Assembly: GCA_018817025.1 (NCBI GenBank) | Contig: JAHIUU010000001.1 | Coordinates: 6,852 to 70,851 of the forward strand | Direction: 5' to 3' | DNA: 64,000 bases | From: Candidatus Babelota bacterium | Lineage (GTDB): Bacteria > Babelota > Babeliae > Babelales > JAHIUU01 | In this document: positions 37,320-46,066 of the stretch, piece after piece | How the letters are laid out: the number at the start of each line of letters is the position of its first letter | Numbering within the stretch: position 1 is the first letter of the stretch | The notes under the pieces: generated by a model | Told to the model about the DNA's origin: nothing | What the model saw: the letters and a program-made list of their open reading frames with translations, nothing else | Database searches by the model: none | Made by a program: the position numbers and the translations under genes

Positions 37320-40300
37320 ATGAAAAAGCTTGTCACACTTCTTCTTATAACTTTCACAGCCGTTTCCTACGAATCTAATGCCGCACCCACCCAGGCAAAT
37401 ACCGCATTCCCCGGAATACACAATCAACAACTCTTGAACTACCACCTTGAACCATTGAGTTCCAGGCTCGGGGGAGGGGTTGTTAACCAGTTCTCTATTG
37501 GCAGCAAAAACAATATTTGGGGAACAACAACCAATCACAAGATTGTGAAATGGGATACCAATAACAAGAAGTGGGTAACCGTTCCAGAAAAACAAAGTAA
37601 GGGAAGGCTCGACATGCTTTCCGTCGCCCCTGACGGTAGAATGTGGGGTGTCAGCGCATCCCAAATAATCTACCACTGGCAAAATAACCAATGGAACAGG
37701 TATGCAGGAAAGCTTAAAAAAATCTCCGTTGGAAGCAAGGGCGGCCACCACGTGTTCGGGGTCAATGCAGCCGGCAGGATATACCACCACCCGTGGGCAA
37801 GTAAATGGGGTTATGTCCCGCTTAAGGATGAAGATACAGGCACAAACAAAATCGCTAAAGACATCTCCGTAGCCAGCGACGGTTCTCTGTGGGCAATATC
37901 AACTGATGGCCTTATCTATAAGAATTCGGTTCATAAGGATGCTGCATATAACAAACGAATCGCTCCTGGAAAATGGACGCTAATCCCTGGAAAACTGGAA
38001 CAAATAAGCGTTGGAAGCAGATTACGAATATTTGGAACAAATAAAAATCACATCGTCTTTCGAAGAAACGTCGGACGAGATAACTGGGCCGCTATACTAC
38101 AAAATTTTAAATCGATTGACGTCGCTGAAGATGGAACGCTCTGGGGAATAGGAAAAAACAACAAAATCTACGAAGTTCATGATACGTTCTTTGGAAACCG
38201 ACTATCAATCGTTGGCGGTATGCGTTCGGTTGGCGACCTAAACGCGGTTTATGATCACTACCGAACAAAAAAACATGAACATCCATTTAACGAATACAAA
38301 GGAACCTCGCCGTTTCTGGAAAAATACTCTTGGTCATCATGGATAGCCCTTCAAGGCGATGAGCGTCTCAAAAATGATATCGAGTTTCTAAAAAACCAAC
38401 GCGACACACTCCAAAAATCTTATGCTGAACGTGCGCTTATTACAAGACTAAAACTAAAATACCTCGAACGTCTCGCCCGATATGATCACAAGAACAAACG
38501 CATCTATGAAGCGTTTATAAATCTCCCTTATCTAGGGCACTACCTCCTAGAACTAAAAAAACTTGTGGATAACAGAAATGAGCTGGTCTCCTACCCCATA
38601 TTAACACGCGTAGAACCAGTAAAATCCAACAGTTTGCTCCCTCTCCAGTCAGCAATTACAACCATTATTAGTCGAGCAAGCGCCCTTGTCGACGAAACAA
38701 CAGGTGATTTTAGGTCATATACCTCTCTACAAAGATATTATTTAAGAAAACTCTTAATCCCTAAAACAGAGGCTGAACGAAAAAATGGAAGTCAAGACAT
38801 CAGGCTTCCTGATCTTCTCGAAGATGCAACGAAACTACTCTCTCTCAGTGACGCGCTGGCGCAAGCGCGTAACAAGTTCGATGCTTCGATCAGCAACCCT
38901 GAAGCAAGCAGCTGGCTCAAAGATTACGAGCAACGGGCAACCTGGATAGAAAAAATTCGTTATCTTGTTGAAAGCATGGCTAGCCCAGAGTTCACCGAGA
39001 TCCTCAAAACAGACAATAAAACCTCGCTCGAAAAACTCTTCAAAGATGTCAAAAGTTTCTTGTACGCAACAACCGAATATGGTAGCCGTAGATCACTTCT
39101 AACAAGCTGGAGCACAAAGTTCTCACAAACTGAGCGTTCGAGACTAGAAGCCTTGATCGAAGCCGGGTTAAATAAGATAGAGAAAGAAAAAGAAAGGATC
39201 CAAGAAACAACCGTCAAGACGTTTATGGGGCTACTCGCAGAGACAAAAGCGCAACAATTTCTCGTCTCAGCGGTTAGCTCTGGTGAAAACCAAGATTTGC
39301 TCTTTAAAAATCTGAAAACACTGAGCGAACAAGTAGCCTCTCGCCCTCTCAGTGAAGCCGAAGTATATCTTGAGTTGATCAATAAACTTGAAGATTTTTC
39401 GGCCAAGGGATATTTTAACTTCGATGTCCCAACAAAAAAAGCTCTCCTCGAGGGGTATATCGACGAAGGAAAAAAGCTCTATCTCTCCATTCTTAAAGAA
39501 ATTGGAACCAGAGATAGAGTCATAGCCGCCGCAGGAGCCGCAGCTTCTTCCGACCCAACACAGCAAGAAAAATATGAACAGTGGCTTAAAACAACGACCG
39601 CCATCACGGAAAAACTTGTTTCCAAGACAAGCCGGTCACCCGAGGAAACAACCGCCCTTAAAAATCTACTCCCCCTGCTTGACGACCCAACACGCGGGCT
39701 CAAGGAACTCTTTCCAGCACACACCAAAGCTAAAATTTCCAGCCTCATCACCAAGCTCAAAACGGTTGTACCTGCGGCTAAAACAAAAGTAAAAATCGTT
39801 GGCTCCATCGTCCAGAAAGTTAGCCCTGAATCTCTGACAACAACACTTAAAAGCCTACATGAAGCATTTAACGATTACTCGGCAAGAATTCATGCGAATC
39901 AAACCCTACAGGCGCAGTGGTTAAGCGATCTCGAAGTTATCGTAAAAAACAGAATCATGCTTCCCAACCAAAATCAATTTGATAACTTAATCAATCTTAT
40001 TAAAGAGACAAATGATGCAGACTGGCTTGCTGAAGAGTGGTTCACCCGTTTCACACCAGCACAGCAAAGTCAACTCAAAAATCTCGTCGCTCAAGGTGAA
40101 CAACCAATTGACTATAACAGCATGTTTTCCTACTTCAGAGAGAACAGATCCCAGCTCTCCCCACAAGTACTAATCGATCTTATCGCACTTCTCATTGAAC
40201 ACCCGTCTTCAAAGCTCAGTAAAAACGAAAATCAACGAGCATGGATCATACGGGAAGCCAAAAACGAGGCCAATAAGCGGTTTAGCCAAGAAGAAAAAGA

Positions 40301-40730
40301 AAATCTGAACCGAGTACTATCTGAAACAGAAACACCAGAGCCAACTTTAGCTCAGCCACCCGCTGCACGAACAACCGGTGAACAAACACAACTCTGGAGA
40401 AATCAAGTCGATAACTGGAACCGACAGATACTTGACTGGCGAGCGGCGGGAATTGCGACAATGGACCAACCAACAGCAGAAAAAACTAAATCTGATATGG
40501 CAAACGTCAAATCGAAAATGGATCAACTGAGTGACCAGGATCTGCCTCCTGACCTACAAAACCTTCTTGATGCCGGCATGACTGCGCTATCGGGCCTGCA
40601 AACGCAGGTGCAAAACCGAATCAATCAGGTCACACCCAAACAAACACCACTGCTAAGAAGACCTGCTCGAGGGAGAGTGATGAGTCGTGTGCCAACAACA
40701 AGAGTGCGTCGTGGTGGCGTCAGGAGATAA
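37320..40730 (+). CDS. Large secreted protein: signal peptide, six tectonin-like propeller repeats, ~850 aa unrecognised helical region and an Arg-rich tail
   Basis: 1136 aa from ATG 37320, with a GAGAGGG SD upstream. The signal peptide is MKKLVTLLLITFTAVSYESNA/AP. See the repeat feature and findings. The start is trimmed 10 codons relative to the ORF track. Confidence 0.8.
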   Translation: MKKLVTLLLITFTAVSYESNAAPTQANTAFPGIHNQQLLNYHLEPLSSRLGGGVVNQFSIGSKNNIWGTTTNHKIVKWDTNNKKWVTVPEKQSKGRLDMLSVAPDGRMWGVSASQIIYHWQNNQWNRYAGKLKKISVGSKGGHHVFGVNAAGRIYHHPWASKWGYVPLKDEDTGTNKIAKDISVASDGSLWAISTDGLIYKNSVHKDAAYNKRIAPGKWTLIPGKLEQISVGSRLRIFGTNKNHIVFRRNVGRDNWAAILQNFKSIDVAEDGTLWGIGKNNKIYEVHDTFFGNRLSIVGGMRSVGDLNAVYDHYRTKKHEHPFNEYKGTSPFLEKYSWSSWIALQGDERLKNDIEFLKNQRDTLQKSYAERALITRLKLKYLERLARYDHKNKRIYEAFINLPYLGHYLLELKKLVDNRNELVSYPILTRVEPVKSNSLLPLQSAITTIISRASALVDETTGDFRSYTSLQRYYLRKLLIPKTEAERKNGSQDIRLPDLLEDATKLLSLSDALAQARNKFDASISNPEASSWLKDYEQRATWIEKIRYLVESMASPEFTEILKTDNKTSLEKLFKDVKSFLYATTEYGSRRSLLTSWSTKFSQTERSRLEALIEAGLNKIEKEKERIQETTVKTFMGLLAETKAQQFLVSAVSSGENQDLLFKNLKTLSEQVASRPLSEAEVYLELINKLEDFSAKGYFNFDVPTKKALLEGYIDEGKKLYLSILKEIGTRDRVIAAAGAAASSDPTQQEKYEQWLKTTTAITEKLVSKTSRSPEETTALKNLLPLLDDPTRGLKELFPAHTKAKISSLITKLKTVVPAAKTKVKIVGSIVQKVSPESLTTTLKSLHEAFNDYSARIHANQTLQAQWLSDLEVIVKNRIMLPNQNQFDNLINLIKETNDADWLAEEWFTRFTPAQQSQLKNLVAQGEQPIDYNSMFSYFRENRSQLSPQVLIDLIALLIEHPSSKLSKNENQRAWIIREAKNEANKRFSQEEKENLNRVLSETETPEPTLAQPPAARTTGEQTQLWRNQVDNWNRQILDWRAAGIATMDQPTAEKTKSDMANVKSKMDQLSDQDLPPDLQNLLDAGMTALSGLQTQVQNRINQVTPKQTPLLRRPARGRVMSRVPTTRVRRGGVRR
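37479..38177 (+). repeat. Six tandem protein-level repeats (26-48 aa) of tectonin/TECPR-like beta-propeller blade type
   Basis: Repeat cores: FSIGSKNNIWGTTTNHKIVKW, LSVAPDGRMWGVSASQIIYHW, ISVGSKGGHHVFGVNAAGRIYHH, ISVASDGSLWAISTDGLIYKN, ISVGSRLRIFGTNKNHIVFRR and IDVAEDGTLWGIGKNNKIYEV. 'SVG' and 'SVA.DG' types alternate. Confidence 0.7.
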
Positions 40731-42120
40731 CACGTTTTTTCAACGCTTCTCGGTCAGTAATCCCCTCGTCGATCTGGATTTTATACGCTTTTTTCAAAAG
40801 CTCGCCCATCTTTGATCCCGGCTTAACAGTATCGATCAAGTCCCGTCCCAGCAGGATTGGCGGCTCCGGCCCCCGTTCGACCTGCGCCTCTCGTATCCGC
40901 TCCAGAAATACAGCGATCTCATCGTCCCCTAACACGAACGCTTTATCAAGCGGCTCATGTCCATCTTTATTCCGCCCCCTAATATCAGCCCAAGAAACAA
41001 AATACAAGTGCTTGGCCGTCACTTCGGGCGCTAGCTTGACCGCCAGCCGCTTATACGCCTTCAATCCTGATTTTTGCTCAACAAGCGTAATCGGCATCCG
41101 ATGGTATCGGACTAACTTGCAAATCGAACGTACCAGCATCGTGTGACGAGTAAACCGATGCAAAAACGATTTCGCCAGTGGAACCCCTTCGACATCATGC
41201 CCAGGCGTTTTTTTTACCTTACCGAAGTCATGACACAGCACCCCCAAAATAATCACAAATTTTTCGTCGAGTGATATGTCATCAAGAGATAGTTTCGCGG
41301 CAGCATCAACCGATTGCATTGTATGCTCAAACACATCCCCTTCCGGATGGTAGTCTGACCGCTGTGCAACGCCAACCAATGCCCCAAGCTCAGGAAAAAG
41401 TTCTTCCAACCGACCAAGCTCATACAACCAACGAAACCCAAGCGACGGCCGTCTCGACTTGAGAAGAAGCTTTCTCATCTCTTCACAGATTCGCTCACGG
41501 GCTAGCGCCCCCCCCGTTGCCACATCGTATAAATCCATATTTTTGCAAACCGTTTGCAACGCATCGTCGGGTTTCATTTCAAACCGCCCAACAAACTGCA
41601 TTACGCGATAGAATCGTAACGGATCCTGAACAAACTTTTCTTTGTCGACCATACAAAGCGTTTTACACTTAAGAGACTCAAGCCCCCCATATGGATCAAT
41701 GACATCAAAATCTGATCCCGCCCCATTACTCAAATCAATCGCCATTGCATTCATAGTTAAGTCTCGACGAAGGCAGGCCTGTTCTATTGTTAACGTCGAG
41801 TCAACCTCAACAGTCGGACGTCTTCCGATGCTGTCTTTTCGAGGCAATGACCAGTCGACATTGTAGCCATGCAACCTCAAAACGCCAAACTGTCTTCCAA
41901 TCAATGAAACATCACCAAATTTACGCAAGCAAAGCTCAAAATCGTCCAGCGAAATATTGTGAACCTCAATATCAATATCTTTTGCTTCCCGCCCAAGAAC
42001 CAGGTCTCGAACAGAACCGCCAACAAGATACGGGACTCCCCCTAGATCGACGACCGACTTCAAGATCATCTCTATCTTTTTTATTTTCTCAATAAAACAT
42101 TCTGGTAATCGTTTTGACAT
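40720..42120 (-). CDS. cca: tRNA nucleotidyltransferase (CCA-adding enzyme / poly(A) polymerase family) with an HD domain
   Basis: 466 aa from ATG 42120 with an AGGAGG SD. It has the PolyA_pol head (PYLVGGSVRDLVLGREAKDIDIEV, RRDLTMNAMA) and an HD domain (LGVLCHDFGK). The ORF-track N-terminal extension runs antisense through tRNA-Ala and was rejected. Confidence 0.78.
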   Translation of the reverse strand: MSKRLPECFIEKIKKIEMILKSVVDLGGVPYLVGGSVRDLVLGREAKDIDIEVHNISLDDFELCLRKFGDVSLIGRQFGVLRLHGYNVDWSLPRKDSIGRRPTVEVDSTLTIEQACLRRDLTMNAMAIDLSNGAGSDFDVIDPYGGLESLKCKTLCMVDKEKFVQDPLRFYRVMQFVGRFEMKPDDALQTVCKNMDLYDVATGGALARERICEEMRKLLLKSRRPSLGFRWLYELGRLEELFPELGALVGVAQRSDYHPEGDVFEHTMQSVDAAAKLSLDDISLDEKFVIILGVLCHDFGKVKKTPGHDVEGVPLAKSFLHRFTRHTMLVRSICKLVRYHRMPITLVEQKSGLKAYKRLAVKLAPEVTAKHLYFVSWADIRGRNKDGHEPLDKAFVLGDDEIAVFLERIREAQVERGPEPPILLGRDLIDTVKPGSKMGELLKKAYKIQIDEGITDREALKKRVIS

Positions 42121-42165
42121 GACCGGCCTCCTGTTTTTGTAAAAAAAATATTGTACCACCACGAC

Positions 42166-42194
42166 TTGCGCTTTGCCAGCAGTTTCCGTACAAT
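42166..42194 (+). promoter_or_regulatory. Candidate promoter for tRNA-Ala (TTGCGC-17 nt-TACAAT)
   Basis: -35 TTGCGC (42166-42171), a 17-nt spacer, and -10 TACAAT (42189-42194). It lies ~30 nt upstream of the tRNA 5' end. Confidence 0.4.
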
Positions 42195-42225
42195 AAGAAC
42201 GTTGTTGCCGTTCTTGATGAACAGT

Positions 42226-42301
42226 GGGGCTATAGCTCAGTTGGTAGAGCGCATGAATGGCATTCATGAGGTCACCGGTTCGATCCCGGTTAGCTCCACC
42301 A
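42226..42301 (+). tRNA. tRNA-Ala (anticodon GGC), CCA encoded
   Basis: Hand-folded cloverleaf: GGGGCTA TA GCTC AGTTGGTA GAGC G CATGA ATGGCAT TCATG AGGTC ACCGG TTCGATC CCGGT TAGCTCC A CCA. It has the G3:U70 Ala identity pair and is 76 nt long. Confidence 0.93.
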
Positions 42302-42319
42302 TATCGCCAGGGAGTCGTA

Positions 42320-42844
42320 ATGAAAAAAACAGAAAAAACTCGTCTCATTCTGTTCTTATCATTCTTCGGCATCACCGGAACCTTTCTTACCATTCAATGG
42401 GGTCTCGCCACAGGAATATACACAACAATGCTCGTCTGGAGCTTCTTCGTCCTTTGCTTCCCAATCCCTCAAAGCGCACTGATCACCTCACGAACCATCT
42501 CTCTTGTCACAAAAAAATCGCTTTTACACGCCGGCGTCATCGTCTGGATCATAGCCCTTTCTCTTAATATAGTAACCTATCTAGCATTTCCATATATCTA
42601 CATGAAAACAAACACAACGTTTCTCTTGTATAGAATTATCACAAACCCGTGGCCATATTGGCTTATAATTGGCACGAGCACATTGGGTGGCATCTACAAA
42701 GCTATTGCTATCAAATCGACAACCAACCTACGGCTATTTTGGCATGTTACAACGAAAGCCATCCTATTCTTTATTGGCGTCACCACGCTTTTTTACCTCT
42801 CTTACAATGAGATCATCATCCTGCTCGTTGCAAAAATGTCATGA
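42320..42844 (+). CDS. Hypothetical multi-pass membrane protein
   Basis: 174 aa from ATG 42320 with a GGAG SD, starting 18 nt after the tRNA-Ala 3' end. About five hydrophobic helices are present. I recognise no family. Confidence 0.55.
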   Translation: MKKTEKTRLILFLSFFGITGTFLTIQWGLATGIYTTMLVWSFFVLCFPIPQSALITSRTISLVTKKSLLHAGVIVWIIALSLNIVTYLAFPYIYMKTNTTFLLYRIITNPWPYWLIIGTSTLGGIYKAIAIKSTTNLRLFWHVTTKAILFFIGVTTLFYLSYNEIIILLVAKMS

Positions 42845-42941
42845 GTCTGTCGCTTTTATTTTCTTTCGAAAAAAAATCTCAGTATACTGTTTCAATCAAG
42901 AAAAACATGTCCCTTAAAACAGAAATCGCTTAGGAGTTTTT

Positions 42942-44516
42942 ATGCAAAATTCATGGCTGGTGGTCCTACCACCATTATTTGTTTTGTTTTTGTCATTTGT
43001 AACACATCGCATCACGCTTTCGTTATTCTTGGGAATCATAAGCGCGACACTGCTCTATCACGACTTTTCGATCCTACCCGCCCTTAAAACAACCGGTACA
43101 CAAATTTTTGAAAAAACAGAGGTCGCAAATCTCTTGTCATGGGAAGCATTTACCGGAAGTTCAAACTTATTCATCTATATCTTCTTACTGATCTTGGGGG
43201 TAATTATTACAATCATCACGGCAACAGGAGCCTCACAAGCGTATGGAAAATTTGTACAAAAACGATTGTGTGATCGCAGGGGCGCCGAAACATCCTCACT
43301 TCTCTTATCACTCTTTTTCTTTATCGACGACTATCTAAATGTCTTAACGGTAGGCTCCGTTATGCCAGCAGTTACCGACCGCTTCAAAATACCTCGGGTA
43401 AAACTCGCTTACTTTATCAACGCGTTCGCTGGAGCGCTCTGCATACTCGTCCCATTCTCCAGCTGGGCCGCGTACATTCTTATGCAACTCGACGCATCCG
43501 GAATTTTACCAACAGCTACCTCCGAAACATTTATTATATCCTCTTCTCTTAACCTGTTTGTACAAGCAATACCATTTGCGTTCTATTCGTTTATCGTTGT
43601 CGCGACAACTTTTTTCATTGTGCGAAGAAATATCTCATTTGGCCCTATGCGTACACAGGAAAAAATCGCTCAAGAAACAGGCAATCTTTTTGGGGGTAAG
43701 CCAAAGCGTGGGAAACCTGACGAAATACACCAAGCCGCAACAACCTGCACCATGATTGACTTCTTGCTCCCAATACTCTTGCTTATTATAACGGTTATAC
43801 TTGGGCTCTTTCTTACAAACTTTAGATCCGGACCAGCTTTATGCGTAGGAGCAGCAACAACACTCGCGCTTATTATCCCCTACTTTCTTATCCGTAAAAA
43901 ATTACAGGTCTCACAATTGAGACCTGTTTTGTGGGACGGGGTAAACCTCATGCTCTCGAGTATTTTGCTAATCACGCTCGCCTGGACCTTTGCTGATATC
44001 CTGGCAGACAACCTTGGAACCGGACAATTTCTTGCACATAAACTTGGAAATTCCGTAAGTTTTTCATTCTTTCCTCTCCTGTTCTTTGTCGGAACCGCTG
44101 GAATAACCTTTGGCATCGGCTCTGCGTGGGGCGCCATGACGGTCGTAATCCCAATCGCTATCCCGATGCTCACCACAATGCACCCTGCCACACCGCCTAT
44201 ACCGCTTGAAGCAATTACAATCGCAATCCCAACTATTAGCGCAATTCTTGCCGGATCAGTTGTCGGAAACATTCTTACCCCAATTGCTGACATCGTCATC
44301 ATAGGCTCAACAAGCACACAGGCGTACCATATGGACCATATTAAAACACAACAAGCCTATATCGCACCGATATTTCTAGCCAGCTGCATTTCATTTCTTC
44401 TCTCAGGAATGCTTATTGATTTGCCAACTTATGCGAACGCACTTCTGTCTCTCAGCGCCGGGGTATTTACCTCGTTTTCACTGGTGACACTGTTAAATTA
44501 TATCTCTACTCGCTAA
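42942..44516 (+). CDS. NhaC-family Na+/H+ antiporter-like transporter
   Basis: 524 aa with ~11-12 TM segments. The block FFFIDDYLNVLTVGSVMPAVTDRFKIPRVKLAYFINAFAGALCILVPFSSW resembles the conserved NhaC-family core (DDYAN.L.VG..MRP..D...ISREKLAY.VD..AAP). An AGGAG SD is present. Confidence 0.55.
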   Translation: MQNSWLVVLPPLFVLFLSFVTHRITLSLFLGIISATLLYHDFSILPALKTTGTQIFEKTEVANLLSWEAFTGSSNLFIYIFLLILGVIITIITATGASQAYGKFVQKRLCDRRGAETSSLLLSLFFFIDDYLNVLTVGSVMPAVTDRFKIPRVKLAYFINAFAGALCILVPFSSWAAYILMQLDASGILPTATSETFIISSSLNLFVQAIPFAFYSFIVVATTFFIVRRNISFGPMRTQEKIAQETGNLFGGKPKRGKPDEIHQAATTCTMIDFLLPILLLIITVILGLFLTNFRSGPALCVGAATTLALIIPYFLIRKKLQVSQLRPVLWDGVNLMLSSILLITLAWTFADILADNLGTGQFLAHKLGNSVSFSFFPLLFFVGTAGITFGIGSAWGAMTVVIPIAIPMLTTMHPATPPIPLEAITIAIPTISAILAGSVVGNILTPIADIVIIGSTSTQAYHMDHIKTQQAYIAPIFLASCISFLLSGMLIDLPTYANALLSLSAGVFTSFSLVTLLNYISTR

Positions 44517-45090
44517 GAGCCTTACGAACGAGCAAAATAAGTTCTTCAACAGCTTGATCAAAAATGTCGTTGACCAGAACATACCCAAAGAGTCGTATTT
44601 TGTGAGCCTCTTTCATCTCTTCCTCTGCCTGGGTAAGACGTTTTTCAATCTGTGATACAGACTCAGTTGCTCGTTTTTCCAAACGTTTTTTCAAGGTCGT
44701 CATATCAGGCGGCGCAATCCAAATCATTATCGCATCACGAAATTCTTTAGAAACACTCTTTGCGCCTTCAATATCAACAATCAAAACATACGACTTGCCT
44801 TGCGTAAGCTCTGACTCTTCAGGCCAAGGAGAACCATAATTTCGACCATTGTACACATTGGTCTCAAGGAAAAATCCATCTTTTTGTTTTTGATGAAACT
44901 CGTCGCCGGAAACAAAAATATAATCCTGTCCAGAAACCTCATTTTCCCGAGGAGGACGAGACGTGTAGGTAACAATCCGAGAAAGATCGTACTCTTTTTG
45001 CAAACGCCTGAGCGCCACGGCAACAACACTGGTCTTACCAGCTCCAGATGGTCCAGACACAACAAACAATTTTCCCGTTTTATTTTCCAT
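44506..45090 (-). CDS. gmk: Guanylate kinase
   Basis: Contains KLFVVSGPSGAGKTSV and TTRPPRE-like YTSRPPRENEVSGQDYIFV. The start is set at ATG 45090 (SD GAGGGTGGA); the ORF track starts at a TTG 7 codons upstream. Confidence 0.88.
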   Translation of the reverse strand: MENKTGKLFVVSGPSGAGKTSVVAVALRRLQKEYDLSRIVTYTSRPPRENEVSGQDYIFVSGDEFHQKQKDGFFLETNVYNGRNYGSPWPEESELTQGKSYVLIVDIEGAKSVSKEFRDAIMIWIAPPDMTTLKKRLEKRATESVSQIEKRLTQAEEEMKEAHKIRLFGYVLVNDIFDQAVEELILLVRKALSE

Positions 45091-45181
45091 GATTCCACCC
45101 TCATTTTTCAAAAAACAAACTTCGTTTATACTACATACATATTATTTTACTAGGAAAACAACTATTTTGTTAGGAAAACAC

Positions 45182-46066
45182 ATGTTTGGCTTTATCAAAG
45201 AAAAATTAACTAAAATCTACAGCCAATTTAGCAGCAAAACTGCAGCCCTCTTTTCTCGAAACACAATTAATCAACAATTTCTTGATGAATTAGCACAACT
45301 ACTCATAACAGCAGACACCGGTGTGGAAACAACAAACACAATTATCAAAAATCTTACTCAACAGATACAGGATAAAAAAATCGCCTCTCCCCAAGAGGTG
45401 AAAAAAGAGCTCGAACGACAACTTATCTCAAGACTCAAAGCGTACCCTTGCAAAGAAAAAAAACCAACCGTTCTGCTTCTTGTTGGAATTAATGGAAGTG
45501 GCAAAACAACATTTGCAGGAAAACTTGCTAAGCAACTTACCAAGAATGCTACGGTTCTACTCGTCGCAGGAGATACCTTTCGAGCAGCGGCAACGCAACA
45601 ATTGCTCGAGTGGGGCAAAAAAATTGGTGTTGACGTATTTATTGGGAAAGAGCAACAGGACCCAGCATCCGTTATTTTTGACGCCTGTAAAAAATTCAAG
45701 ACCGAACGGTATGACCATCTCATAATCGACACAGCCGGTCGCCTGCAAACCAAAACAAATCTCATGAAAGAGTTAGAAAAAATGCGCAGGATTATCGACA
45801 AACAACTTCCCGACAAAACAATTCATACCTGGCTCACCGTCGACTCGATGCTCGGGCAAAATTCTTTTGAACAAGCAAAAATATTTAACGAAGCAACAAC
45901 GCTTACCGGTCTCGTCCTAACCAAGCTTGACGGAACCGGTAAGGGAGGCATCGTCTTTTCAATAACGAATGAGTTGCACCTACCAATTATTTATGTCACA
46001 TTTGGAGAAGATCTTGGTGCAATAAAACCATTTGACGCAAATGAATATATCGGCGATCTCTTATGA
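45182..46066 (+). CDS. ftsY: Signal recognition particle receptor FtsY (short form, NG domain only)
   Basis: 294 aa from ATG 45182. Motifs LLVGINGSGKTTFAGKLA, DTAGRLQ, and VLTKLDGTGKGG are present. Confidence 0.93.
   Translation: MFGFIKEKLTKIYSQFSSKTAALFSRNTINQQFLDELAQLLITADTGVETTNTIIKNLTQQIQDKKIASPQEVKKELERQLISRLKAYPCKEKKPTVLLLVGINGSGKTTFAGKLAKQLTKNATVLLVAGDTFRAAATQQLLEWGKKIGVDVFIGKEQQDPASVIFDACKKFKTERYDHLIIDTAGRLQTKTNLMKELEKMRRIIDKQLPDKTIHTWLTVDSMLGQNSFEQAKIFNEATTLTGLVLTKLDGTGKGGIVFSITNELHLPIIYVTFGEDLGAIKPFDANEYIGDLL

Noticed and set aside
37248-37790. A 180-aa minus-strand ORF overlapping the promoter and 5' end of the large secreted-protein gene.
   Set aside because: It is antisense to a CDS with clear repeat structure, has no SD or recognisable motif, and its composition mirrors the sense-strand codons.
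38960-39808. Several 99-148-aa minus-strand ORFs inside the large gene.
   Set aside because: They are long antisense reading frames of the kind expected in a Lys/Glu/Leu-rich coding region. They are Ser/Leu/Phe-rich and low-complexity, with no starts with an SD.
40720-42393. The ORF track gives a 557-aa ORF for the CCA-enzyme gene.
   Set aside because: The first 91 codons run antisense through the tRNA-Ala gene and its promoter and show no protein-like features. The conserved nucleotidyltransferase N-terminus begins at ATG 42120, which has an AGGAGG SD. The CDS is therefore called 40720-42120.
42151-42567. Plus-strand ORFs (138 aa, and the 5' 21 codons of the 195-aa ORF at 42257) that read through tRNA-Ala.
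   Set aside because: They overlap a well-folded tRNA on the same strand. The real membrane-protein CDS starts at ATG 42320 after a GGAG SD.
43880-44317. A 145-aa minus-strand ORF within the NhaC-like transporter gene.
   Set aside because: It is a shadow ORF antisense to a hydrophobic membrane-protein CDS.
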